DNA of 64,000 bases from an uncultured Gammaproteobacteria bacterium (GTDB taxonomy: Bacteria; Patescibacteriota; Microgenomatia; Levybacterales; GWA1-39-11), in contig CAZAJO010000001.1 of NCBI GenBank assembly GCA_964485575.1, forward strand, positions 59,602-123,601. Reading direction: 5' to 3'. The notes below the pieces were generated by a model that worked only from the letters and a program-made list of their open reading frames with translations, did not search any database and was not told the DNA's origin. Both the position numbers and the translations under genes were made by a program. Shown piece by piece: positions 21,218 through 30,193 of the stretch (position 1 is the stretch's first letter; each line of letters opens with the position of its first letter).

Positions 21218-21910
21218 ATGGAAAATACGAAAAAACAACCTGCGATACTCTATCTTGATAAGAATGGGTTCTACTTCTATGAAGAGGGACTTCCCGGTGT
21301 CATAAGTCTGGCATTTCTTGCGACATCCGTAAGAGATATGGATGTTATAAATGGTGCATCCATTATGACTCAGGTAAAATCATTCATTGACCAGTATAAG
21401 ATACCCCTTGGGGTAATAAACATCATTGTTTCACCAAACATCACTTTCGAGAAAGATTTTGTGGATCTGACCTCAGATGCTTTGGAAGAAAAAACAAAAA
21501 ATTTTGTTGATACTATACCTTTTGAGAGTGTCATGAGTAAAAAATACCCAATTGAAAAAGGTGTAAAAGTTATCGGTTGGAATGAAGAACTCTATCTAGA
21601 ACTTAAGATGAGTTTTGAAAAAAATTCATTTGTCATAGACCAAGTAATACCCTATCAACTTTTAGGGTCTGACCAAGCCCTTATTCAAAATTTTACTCAA
21701 GAAAATGCAGCACAATTACTAAGACGCGTTGACCACCTTAAGCAATTTACTATGCTTACTGTTCCAAAAGAAAAACCACAAGTAACTCAAAATGCTGATG
21801 ATAAAAAATCATCAAAACCAAAACAGAGCAAAACTCGTCTGTATGTCATGGGTGGTATTTTTGTGATTCTTTTCATAATTCTTGGATATATGCTTCTCAA
21901 TCAAAAATAG
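21218..21910 (+). CDS. Hypothetical protein of the pilus operon: roughly 190-aa cytoplasmic domain plus C-terminal TM anchor (LYVMGGIFVILFIILGYMLL)
   Basis: No recognisable catalytic motif. Its topology (cytoplasmic N-terminus, single C-terminal TM) and operon position suggest an assembly accessory protein; it is too short for a full PilM actin fold. Confidence 0.45.
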   Translation: MENTKKQPAILYLDKNGFYFYEEGLPGVISLAFLATSVRDMDVINGASIMTQVKSFIDQYKIPLGVINIIVSPNITFEKDFVDLTSDALEEKTKNFVDTIPFESVMSKKYPIEKGVKVIGWNEELYLELKMSFEKNSFVIDQVIPYQLLGSDQALIQNFTQENAAQLLRRVDHLKQFTMLTVPKEKPQVTQNADDKKSSKPKQSKTRLYVMGGIFVILFIILGYMLLNQK

Positions 21911-21980
21911 ATTTTGATATATTCAGCTTCAAAATACCCTATTGACAAGATTTTTTGGATGTGATTAAGTGATTATAGAT

Positions 21981-22463
21981 ATGAAAACTGCCCAGTTGAA
22001 AAATCAAAAAGGTTTCACTCTCATCGAGTTACTCGTAGTTATTGGTATCCTCGCAGTTCTTCTTGCAATCACTCTTATCGCTATCAATCCAGCAAGACAA
22101 TTTGCTCAAGCAAATAACACAAAAAGATCATCTGATGTCAATGCAATCCTTAATGCTGTTGGACAATATGCAGCCGACAATCACGGGTCTCTTCCAGCTG
22201 GTCTAACTAATAATTGTTCATCGGCTACTTGTAGTATTACAGGAGTTGTAGCTTCAGGAAACATCGACTTATGTCCAGCCCTTGTAACTTCTTATCTTGC
22301 TGCACTTCCCGTAGATCCACAAACAAATAATGGAACACCAGTATCAACTTGCGATAATACATACGCAACAGGTTATACTATTCAAGTCAGTTCAGCAGAT
22401 AACAGAGTGACGGTTGCAGCTCCTAATGCTGAGCTTAGTCAAACAATAACTGTAACAAGATAG
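21981..22463 (+). CDS. pilA: Type IV major pilin (PilA-like)
   Basis: Leader MKTAQLKNQKG|FTLIELLVVIGILAVLLAITLIAI (classic GFTLIE). 150-160 aa, with C-terminal paired cysteines (NNCSSATCS; DLCPALV...STCDNT). The ORF track uses an upstream GTG at 21969. Confidence 0.8.
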   Translation: MKTAQLKNQKGFTLIELLVVIGILAVLLAITLIAINPARQFAQANNTKRSSDVNAILNAVGQYAADNHGSLPAGLTNNCSSATCSITGVVASGNIDLCPALVTSYLAALPVDPQTNNGTPVSTCDNTYATGYTIQVSSADNRVTVAAPNAELSQTITVTR

Positions 22464-22470
22464 TTTCTTT

Positions 22471-23604
22471 GTGAAAATACCCCATCGTTCTTTTAGACTT
22501 TTTTTTCGACTTAAAAAATTCTTTGTTTTATTTATTAGCTTTTTTCTTTTCTTAAGCATGTCGGCTATCGCACTTGCTGCTGCCTCATGGACAAATTCGG
22601 GAATGTTACAGGTTGACCATCATACACATACAGCTCACGTGCTGCAGTACAACGGCAAGGTGCTTTTAATAGGAGGGACTTTTAATAATAATCCGACAAA
22701 CAAAACGGAACTATATAACCCAGCAACGGGCACTTGGTCATTGTCTGGTAACATGGCGAATTGCAGATATCTTCACACTTCTCACTTGGTTTCAGTAAGT
22801 GGAGTTCAAAAAGTACTTGCAATTGGTGGAGTAACTTGTAGCGGGATTACCAATACTGCTGAATTATATAGTACAGCTTCAGCTACATGGTCCTCGGCTG
22901 CTAATATGAATGAAAAAAGGGCGGCTCATGCAAGTGTTCTATTGAATGATGGTACAGTTTTTGTTATGGGCGGAGACAAGGGATTTGGAGTCGCCACTCC
23001 TTCATCTGAAATATATAATCCAGCAACAAATGCTTGGACAGTGAAGGCACCTATGTCAGTTGCAAGAAAATACCACGCTGCAACTATCTTGCAAGATGGT
23101 AAGGTATTTGTAGCGGGAGGAATAAGTACTTCCTCTGCAATTGCATCAACTGAAATTTATGATCCATCAAATAATACTTGGGCAAACGGACCAACTATGA
23201 CGTATGCTCGCACAGGACACACGCTAACATTACTTCCCGATGGAAGAGTTCTAATAGTAGGAGGTGCTGGAACTGCAGCTACAATTCCTGAAATTTATGA
23301 TCCAAGCCTTGGAAGCATAACTAACGCTGCGACTTTAAATTATGGAAGAATACAACATGCAGCATCGCTTGTAACCTTAAGCAATGGATCCATAAATGTA
23401 CTTGTATCAGGCACAACTGGAACTGACAGAAACAAGGCAGAACTCTATGATTATATAAATGATACTTGGACCGTAACAACAAATCTAAATACAGGGAGGT
23501 CAAATCATTCCTCTACTGTACTTAATGACGGAACGGTTCTAGTAGCTGGCGGTGTTGGGTCACTGGGAGGACTAAAAAATACTGAATACTATACAGCTCC
23601 TTAG
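22471..23604 (+). CDS. Secreted Kelch-repeat beta-propeller protein (galactose-oxidase-like fold)
   Basis: Signal peptide (FFVLFISFFLFLSMSAIALAAA). At least six repeats of the Kelch pattern: GG..........ELY(N/D)P..(T/N)WS, e.g. LLIGGTF...TELYNPATGTWS, VMGGDKG...SEIYNPATNAWT, FVAGGIS...TEIYDPSNNTWA. It starts 8 nt after pilA. Confidence 0.8.
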   Translation: MKIPHRSFRLFFRLKKFFVLFISFFLFLSMSAIALAAASWTNSGMLQVDHHTHTAHVLQYNGKVLLIGGTFNNNPTNKTELYNPATGTWSLSGNMANCRYLHTSHLVSVSGVQKVLAIGGVTCSGITNTAELYSTASATWSSAANMNEKRAAHASVLLNDGTVFVMGGDKGFGVATPSSEIYNPATNAWTVKAPMSVARKYHAATILQDGKVFVAGGISTSSAIASTEIYDPSNNTWANGPTMTYARTGHTLTLLPDGRVLIVGGAGTAATIPEIYDPSLGSITNAATLNYGRIQHAASLVTLSNGSINVLVSGTTGTDRNKAELYDYINDTWTVTTNLNTGRSNHSSTVLNDGTVLVAGGVGSLGGLKNTEYYTAP

Positions 23605-23614
23605 TAAATAATAC

Positions 23615-24478
23615 TTAGAACCAATGCTTTTTCTTAGATTCTTTTTCAAAATCCTCTAACAATTCTTTTTGTTTGGAAGAAAGCTTTGATGGAATTTCTA
23701 CTTGAACTCTAACATAATGATCACCATATTGAGAATTGTTAACATGCTTTACACCTTTCCCTTTTATCCTTATAAGTGTTTCCGGTTGCGTTCCTTGTGG
23801 GATTTTCAACTTTACTTTACCATTAACTGTTTCAACTTCGTAAATAGATCCCAGGGTAGCATCCACCATTGAAATTTTAAGCTCGGTCACAATATCATAT
23901 CCTTCCCTATGAAATTTATTGCTTTGTGCAACTGAAATTATAATATCAAAGTCTGAAAATTGTATTCGTGAGCCTTCATTTACACCGGCTGGAACTTTAA
24001 TATCTCTTTTTTTTCCGTCTAATGAAACTGATTTTGTAGCACCTTTAACCGCTTCCATAAAATCAATTCTCAAGGAGTAAGATGGTTTACGTCTACCAAA
24101 TGGCGATCCTCCCCCACCAAAAAATTGTTCAAATATATCAAATGGATCTGAGAAACCACCAAAATCCTGGGGATTTCCGGAATACGTATAAGTGAATGGT
24201 CCTTGCTGTCCACCAAATCCACCAAATGGCCCACCACCGGTATTACCACGTCCACCATTCTCAAATGCAGCACTTCCAAATTGGTCATACTGCTTCCTTT
24301 TTTGCTCATTTCCCAATATCTCGTATGCTTGATTAATCTCCTTGAATTTCTCTTCAGCTTCTTTGGACTTGTTTTTGTCGGGATGATACTGCAATGCTAA
24401 CTTTCTATATGCAGATTTTAATTCGGAAGCAGTTGCAGACTTGCTTACTCCCAAAACTTTGTACAAATCGTTTGACAT
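23615..24478 (-). CDS. J-domain co-chaperone, DnaJ type II / CbpA-like (Gly-rich linker, two C-terminal beta domains, no CXXCXGXG zinc finger)
   Basis: J domain [34 protein letters not shown]; G/F region [16 protein letters not shown]; no Cys repeats. It is the last gene of the minus-strand heat-shock gene string. Confidence 0.85.
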   Translation of the reverse strand: MSNDLYKVLGVSKSATASELKSAYRKLALQYHPDKNKSKEAEEKFKEINQAYEILGNEQKRKQYDQFGSAAFENGGRGNTGGGPFGGFGGQQGPFTYTYSGNPQDFGGFSDPFDIFEQFFGGGGSPFGRRKPSYSLRIDFMEAVKGATKSVSLDGKKRDIKVPAGVNEGSRIQFSDFDIIISVAQSNKFHREGYDIVTELKISMVDATLGSIYEVETVNGKVKLKIPQGTQPETLIRIKGKGVKHVNNSQYGDHYVRVQVEIPSKLSSKQKELLEDFEKESKKKHWF

Positions 24479-24526
24479 ATTTATATATTTTAGCAGTTTA
24501 TAGCCTCAATTGCCAGATTCAACTTT

Positions 24527-26815
24527 TCATTGTGGAGTACATTTAAGAGGGCACAATTGAATCTTTTTTCCAGATGCCACGCAGGCCGGATCTGGTACAC
24601 ACGTATAATATTGCTCTGGTGTTGGAGTTGGAGTACCAAGAGGTTCGAATTTACCACTCCCCCCTGGCACCGTTGTCGTTGTTGGGACAAGAGTCGGGGT
24701 TGGGGTTGGAGTGATAACGGTAGGTTGCAATATGACTGGGGTTGGTGTTGTTTGAAGGGGATTTAGAGCAATAAATAATTTCATCGTTGTTGATGAACTA
24801 CTTGGAATTGTGAAAGTTCCTTGTCCGACAATCGCACCTGCTACTCTCGCAACTATTGTGTATCCTCCCGAAGGTACATTGTGAAAAGCAAAATTACCAG
24901 AAGAGTCGGTCGTCGCGCTCGTATTCAAAGCGCCAGAAAGTGTAATTTGTGCTCCAGAAAATCCAGATTCGCCTGGATCGAAAACAGAATTACTATTCGA
25001 GTCAGTGTACACAGTCCCAATAATCTCATTTATGATTACTCCTGGAGTTGATCCACCTCCTGGATTTGAACCACCAGGCGTTGGATTAGTCGTCACTGTT
25101 GGGGTGATAGAAGATGTTGGATTTGGTGAAGGACTACCTGATGTTGCACATGTTGCAGGTTGTAAGGTAGCACCAGAACATGTTGGACTCGATGAAGATC
25201 CCTGGGGCTGTTGATCAATGAGCGTTGCCTGCATGGCGCGGTTCACATTATCACACTCTGACGATGAGGAACCATAAATATCATTGCATGCTTGCAAAAA
25301 AGTAGTATATGCTTCTTTGAAATTTGAAGTTGGTGAAAGATATTTAGTAAGAGCCATATATATAATTGGGTGACTTTTTATTCTTCCAATCCCACTCATC
25401 GTGCATCCATTAAAACTACCACCATCTGTCATAAGATAAAACGCTTTATTTATTATTCCACTATTTGAATGCACTCCACCTTTATCAGCCGGGCCACAAG
25501 TATAGGATGATAATTTGTCGGGCTGGTTTCTTGATGGAGGATTGCTCATTGATCTTAACGGAACTGGAAGACCTGCTGAGGCTGGGATTCCCTCTCCCAT
25601 GGTCCAGTTATTATCCATAACACTTCCAAAAATATCTGACACTGCCTCATTAAGAGCACCTGACTCATTTGAATAAATGAGTCCTGCTGTGCTACCTGTC
25701 AAAGCATGTGCCAATTCATGCCCAGTTACATCTAGGGTAACAAGTCCAGTGCAAAAGACCATCTCTCTTCCGTTCCATTGGGCATTAGGGCATGAGTTTG
25801 CTGGAGCACTTCCCCCACCACTATTAGCTGGCACATGAACATACCCATTATATGGAGCTCCAGAATTATCATAGCTATCTCTTCCATAGTTTAATTTAAA
25901 ATAATCATAGACAGTGTAAAAATAGCTATATAAATTGTCAGCTTCAGCATCTCCAGAAGAGGGGCTTCCCTCTGATCTAGCTTTTGAGCATGTTGTGCTT
26001 CCATTGCAATTGTAAACATTTCGATTGAGTAAGTCTCGAGTTTGAGACTCAGAGTACAATAGCTTTCCATCACTGAGACTTATTATGTATTCAGTCCTAA
26101 AAATGATAGGCGATCCTTTCGACCTTATCATAACTTTTAGTGCTATTTGATTTTTTGGATTATCCGAAATACCTAAAAGCTGCTCATTTATATATATTTT
26201 CTTAGTTTCTTCTATTTCTAGCTGTGACGTTCTACTTTCATTTTTTGCTAGATCAAATGCTATCTGAACAGCCTTTGTCTCCTGGATAATTTGAGAGGTA
26301 ACATCCTTTGCTGAGGAGACATTTCCACTAGTGGAATATACTTCGTTACCGTTTTTTATATGGACTACTGCAGAGGCTTTATAGATAGGAACGCCATTTA
26401 AAGATTGGTCAAAGAAATAATGTTCATTGTTGATTGATATTCCATTTTTTTGAAGATAACTGTCATTTTTATCCTCGATCTGTCGGGTAGTAGTCGCATT
26501 TTGTAAGAATCCTTCAGGAAAGAGAGGCCCTGAATTTCCGATTGAAGGATTTTTTTCTAGAAATTCTTTGGCGGCATCCAAACCCTTTTTATTTGACTTA
26601 TAAAGATATTTGTTTGTTGTATTTATCGAAAACACGGTCCTTCCAGTGTCTCTTGTGACACTAGAGTAAGGAGTGATCTCAAGTTGGCTATTGGTATTTC
26701 CAATAAAATAAGCCGTCAAAAAACTCGTGGCAAAAACAGCAATAAGAATAATTACAATAGTCACTTTCCTGTGCTTCTTTGTAATCTTCGTGAATATTTT
26801 AAGATACTCTCTCAT
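24527..26815 (-). CDS. Secreted M4 (thermolysin-like) zinc metalloprotease: signal-anchor, propeptide, catalytic domain, Pro/Thr linkers and a Cys-containing C-terminus
   Basis: DVTGHELAHALTGSTAGLIYSNESGALNEAVSDIFGSVMD parallels thermolysin [35 protein letters not shown] (HExxH plus downstream Glu). A carboxypeptidase-regulatory-like beta-sandwich (SGNFAFHNVPSGGYTIVARV) follows TPTPT repeats. Confidence 0.85.
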   Translation of the reverse strand: MREYLKIFTKITKKHRKVTIVIILIAVFATSFLTAYFIGNTNSQLEITPYSSVTRDTGRTVFSINTTNKYLYKSNKKGLDAAKEFLEKNPSIGNSGPLFPEGFLQNATTTRQIEDKNDSYLQKNGISINNEHYFFDQSLNGVPIYKASAVVHIKNGNEVYSTSGNVSSAKDVTSQIIQETKAVQIAFDLAKNESRTSQLEIEETKKIYINEQLLGISDNPKNQIALKVMIRSKGSPIIFRTEYIISLSDGKLLYSESQTRDLLNRNVYNCNGSTTCSKARSEGSPSSGDAEADNLYSYFYTVYDYFKLNYGRDSYDNSGAPYNGYVHVPANSGGGSAPANSCPNAQWNGREMVFCTGLVTLDVTGHELAHALTGSTAGLIYSNESGALNEAVSDIFGSVMDNNWTMGEGIPASAGLPVPLRSMSNPPSRNQPDKLSSYTCGPADKGGVHSNSGIINKAFYLMTDGGSFNGCTMSGIGRIKSHPIIYMALTKYLSPTSNFKEAYTTFLQACNDIYGSSSSECDNVNRAMQATLIDQQPQGSSSSPTCSGATLQPATCATSGSPSPNPTSSITPTVTTNPTPGGSNPGGGSTPGVIINEIIGTVYTDSNSNSVFDPGESGFSGAQITLSGALNTSATTDSSGNFAFHNVPSGGYTIVARVAGAIVGQGTFTIPSSSSTTMKLFIALNPLQTTPTPVILQPTVITPTPTPTLVPTTTTVPGGSGKFEPLGTPTPTPEQYYTCVPDPACVASGKKIQLCPLKCTPQ

Positions 26816-27336
26816 TGCTTTGTGATTGATACCTGAGCGGTTGAGTCGGTAGAATTTTCAAGAGATACTTCCAATCCATGCTCAACTATCTTATCTGTAC
26901 ATATCCCAGCAATTCCTCCGCATGAATAGCTTAAAATTTTCCTTATATCATCTTTTACTAAAGCAAGGTCAGTTGTTGTTATGCAATCAAAACATTTGGG
27001 ATTTGGTAATGATGCCCCTACATACTCAATTGTTATATTTGTCGTTGGGATTGTTACAATTTTTCCTTTGGTAAGAGTCATTTTAATAGGAGCAGCAGAT
27101 GGAATTGTAGGAACTGGCGTTATTACCGTTGTTTTAACACCGGGAGTAACAGTCGGGACCACATTCGAATTATTCGTAAAAACAAAAAATGCTCCAATTA
27201 TCATAATCAAAACAATTGAAACAACTATTAACCAAATAATTATTTTTGACTTACCTTGCTTGGTCGGATCAAACGGGACTGGCTGAGGAGCAACAACAGG
27301 AGTTGGTTGATTAGTATCGGACACGTTATTTTCCAT
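26812..27336 (-). CDS. Hypothetical single-pass membrane protein (cytoplasmic Pro-rich N-terminus, TM, Cys-containing ectodomain)
   Basis: TM segment IIIWLIVVSIVLIMIIGAFFVF. Stop/start overlap (ATGA) with the M4 protease gene. Confidence 0.45.
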   Translation of the reverse strand: MENNVSDTNQPTPVVAPQPVPFDPTKQGKSKIIIWLIVVSIVLIMIIGAFFVFTNNSNVVPTVTPGVKTTVITPVPTIPSAAPIKMTLTKGKIVTIPTTNITIEYVGASLPNPKCFDCITTTDLALVKDDIRKILSYSCGGIAGICTDKIVEHGLEVSLENSTDSTAQVSITKQ

Positions 27337-27363
27337 AAATTATTATGTGTAACAAAGCTTGTC

Positions 27364-30174
27364 TTATTGAGTTGCAGTTGTTGGGTCAGGCTGCATTTGA
27401 GTGCCATCAGATCCTAAGGTTGGCATGGGATTTGAAGCAGTTGGCCCCACTCCATCAGCATTAAAAGGATTGAATGGCGGAGGAGTCATGGGATTTTGTA
27501 TGGGTGTATAGGGATCTACAATCATACTATTTGTAGCTGCTGGAGTAGGTTGAGCAACACCATTTGTTGGTGCAGGAGGAACTGGTGTTGTCCCATCAGG
27601 CGCAACTGGATTTGTTCCGGGAACAGCAGTGGAAGTTGCACTTTTAATAAATGTATACTCACCCTTTGCCATATCGTAATCAATTTTTACAGTATCTCCA
27701 ACTACAAACTTCTGTCCAATAATTTGAATACTTATTGGATTTTCAATAACATTTTGGATAAGTCGTCTCAATGGCCTTGCCCCGTAGACCGGATCAAATC
27801 CTTCGTCACCAAGCATTTCAAGCGCTTTGTCGCTTACCTCAAGATTGAACCCTTGCTCCTTCAATAACTTAGCTGTGTGTCCAATGTTGATTTTTGCAAT
27901 CAATTTCATATCTTGTTTTCTCAAAGGTTTGAAAATAACTACCCCGTCAAACCTGTTGACCAATTCGGGCCGGAAAAATTTCGTTAATTCATCCATGAGT
28001 TTTTTAGAAAGATCAGCAAATACTTTTTGCATATGAGGATCTTGATTGGCTACTTTTGGAACTGCAGCAACAGCTCCATTTGCACTAACGACAGAAGAAG
28101 ACGCTGCAACGGGGGCCGCTTGTGCAATCGGTGTTTCCGGAATTGGGACTTCGGTTGGAGCAGTTGGAACACCTGGTTGAGTATGTGGTGGTTGAGCGGT
28201 AGCTGTCTTTGCATTTACTAATGCTTCTTGAATAAGACCACTTCCTATATTAGATGTTGCTATTACTATCGTATTTTTGAATGAAATAGTATTACCTTTG
28301 TTGTCAGTGAGTCTCCCGTCCTCAAGCAGTTGCAGTAAAATATTAAATACATCCGGGTGTGCTTTTTCTACTTCATCTAATAAAACTATCGAGTATGGTT
28401 TTGCTCTAACCGCTTCAGTCAATTGTCCACCCTCTTCATATCCAACATATCCCGGAGGTGCACCTATTAATTTTGCAACTTCATGCTTTTCCATGTATTC
28501 AGACATATCAAGTCTAATCATTGCATCGTCTTTCCCAAATAATATTTCAGCCAAAGTTTTGGCAAGCTCAGTCTTTCCAACACCTGTTGGACCCAAGAAA
28601 ATAAAGGAAGCAATAGGTCTATTAGCACTAGCCAAACCAATTCTCCCCCGGCGAACTGCTTCTGAAACTGCAGATACAGCCTCTTCTTGATCAATAAGTC
28701 TCTTATGGATAAGTTCCTCAAGCTGCAATAATTTTTTACCTTCATCCTCAGTAAGTCTTGTTATAGGTATTCCTGTCCAATCAGAAACTACTTTTTCAAT
28801 GTCAGCTCTAGATACATTTGAATCTTGTCTTTGTCCTTCTGCTTTTTTCAACTTTACTTCAGCAGCTGCTTCATCTAATAAATCGATCGCTTTATCCGGA
28901 AGGTACCTTTCTCCTACATATTTTTTCGACAATGTGACTGAAAATTTAATGGCATCAGGAGTAAGTATCACCTCATGAAATTTCTCATATTTATCTTTAA
29001 GCACTTCAAGCATTTTCATAGCTGTTTCCTCATTCGGTTCATCAACTATTACAGATTGAAATCTGCGTTGAAATGCCTTATCTTTTTCAAAATATTTTCT
29101 ATATTCAGCTGTTGTTGTTGTACCAATAAGCTGCAATTGTCCGCGTGCAAGATAAGGTTTTATAATATTCGATGCATCCATAGCGCCTCCTCCTTCTTCA
29201 CCGGCACCAATTAATGTATGTATTTCATCAATAAACAATAATATTTTTCCTCCAGACACTTGTACTTCTTTAATAACATTTTTAAGTCTCTCTTCAAATT
29301 CACCACGATGTGAAGCACCGGCAATAAGGGCAGCTAAATCAAGCTGAATAATTTTTTTGTCTTTCAACTGATCTGGAACTGTTCCTGCAATTATTTTTTG
29401 AGCTAGCCCCTCAATAACAGCTGTCTTACCTACTCCTGCTTCTCCAATAATAATTGGGTTATTTTTAGTACGCCTCAACAGTATATGAACCAAGCGTTCA
29501 ATTTCTTTATCACGCCCAATAACTGGGTCCAACTTCCCGTCTTTCGCTTCATTGGTTAAATCAATCCCAAATTGTTCAAGAACTGATTTTTTTCCGGCTG
29601 CTTGAAAAGTAGGGTTTTTTGAAAGATTTTTTTCAAGTCCTTCTTTTTGTACACCTTTAGAGACTAAATACTGAGATGCAGTATCAGAATTAAATAATGA
29701 AAGCAAAATATCTTCAGGAGTAATAAAGCTCGATCCCCTATTTTTTGCCATTGTAAATGCATCATCGAAAATTTTCTGGGATGTTGGAGAAAGAACTGGT
29801 GGTCCATCGAAAGTTCCTGGGGTTTGTTTCTGTTGCAATTCGCGCGCTAAATCCCCTGCGTTTACGGTAAATTCTTGGAGTGTTTTATATATCTCTTTAT
29901 CGTATAAGAGTCCCAACAAAACAATGTCTGGTTCTATGAGGGCAAGTTTTGCTTTTTTGGCTTCATTTTGAGCTTGCTGAAGAACTTGATTTGCTCTCGC
30001 GTCCAGATGCGTTAGGCTTTCGACATTTTGTCTTTTCACCGGATCCATCCCAGCAGATTGAGTTGGACTTTCAACTACCTGTTGTGGTTGATTTGTATTT
30101 GGAGCTGCTTGATCACCAGGCACTTCTCCTTCTCCGTATTTTTTTGTACTAAATAGATTTCCAAACATATTCAA
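27364..30174 (-). CDS. clpC: ClpC/ClpB-class Hsp100 AAA+ chaperone: Clp_N domain, two AAA modules, short middle domain, a roughly 70-aa Pro/Ala-rich insertion in D2 and a roughly 100-aa Pro-rich C-terminal tail
   Basis: D1 Walker A IIGEAGVGKTAVIEGLAQKI and Walker B ILLFIDEIHT. D2 Walker A FIFLGPTGVGKTELAKTLA, pore loop GYVGYEEGG, Walker B IVLLDEVEKAHPDVFNILLQLLEDGRLTD. The insertion TATAQPPHTQPGVPTAPTEVPIPETPIAQAAPVAASSSVV sits after ATSNIGS, where ClpC carries its ClpP-docking loop. Confidence 0.85.
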   Translation of the reverse strand: MNMFGNLFSTKKYGEGEVPGDQAAPNTNQPQQVVESPTQSAGMDPVKRQNVESLTHLDARANQVLQQAQNEAKKAKLALIEPDIVLLGLLYDKEIYKTLQEFTVNAGDLARELQQKQTPGTFDGPPVLSPTSQKIFDDAFTMAKNRGSSFITPEDILLSLFNSDTASQYLVSKGVQKEGLEKNLSKNPTFQAAGKKSVLEQFGIDLTNEAKDGKLDPVIGRDKEIERLVHILLRRTKNNPIIIGEAGVGKTAVIEGLAQKIIAGTVPDQLKDKKIIQLDLAALIAGASHRGEFEERLKNVIKEVQVSGGKILLFIDEIHTLIGAGEEGGGAMDASNIIKPYLARGQLQLIGTTTTAEYRKYFEKDKAFQRRFQSVIVDEPNEETAMKMLEVLKDKYEKFHEVILTPDAIKFSVTLSKKYVGERYLPDKAIDLLDEAAAEVKLKKAEGQRQDSNVSRADIEKVVSDWTGIPITRLTEDEGKKLLQLEELIHKRLIDQEEAVSAVSEAVRRGRIGLASANRPIASFIFLGPTGVGKTELAKTLAEILFGKDDAMIRLDMSEYMEKHEVAKLIGAPPGYVGYEEGGQLTEAVRAKPYSIVLLDEVEKAHPDVFNILLQLLEDGRLTDNKGNTISFKNTIVIATSNIGSGLIQEALVNAKTATAQPPHTQPGVPTAPTEVPIPETPIAQAAPVAASSSVVSANGAVAAVPKVANQDPHMQKVFADLSKKLMDELTKFFRPELVNRFDGVVIFKPLRKQDMKLIAKINIGHTAKLLKEQGFNLEVSDKALEMLGDEGFDPVYGARPLRRLIQNVIENPISIQIIGQKFVVGDTVKIDYDMAKGEYTFIKSATSTAVPGTNPVAPDGTTPVPPAPTNGVAQPTPAATNSMIVDPYTPIQNPMTPPPFNPFNADGVGPTASNPMPTLGSDGTQMQPDPTTATQ

Positions 30175-30193
30175 TTATATGCAGATATCTGCT

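Noticed and set aside
21218-21910. Calling the 230-aa pilus-operon protein PilM
   Set aside because: PilM is a roughly 350-aa actin-fold protein without a TM helix. This protein is too short and ends in a TM anchor, so it is left as hypothetical.
24490-25214. Several small plus-strand ORFs (24530..24766, 24821..25051, 25005..25214) plus the minus-strand 24490..24690
   Set aside because: All lie within or antisense to the M4 protease gene, driven by its repetitive linker-coding region.
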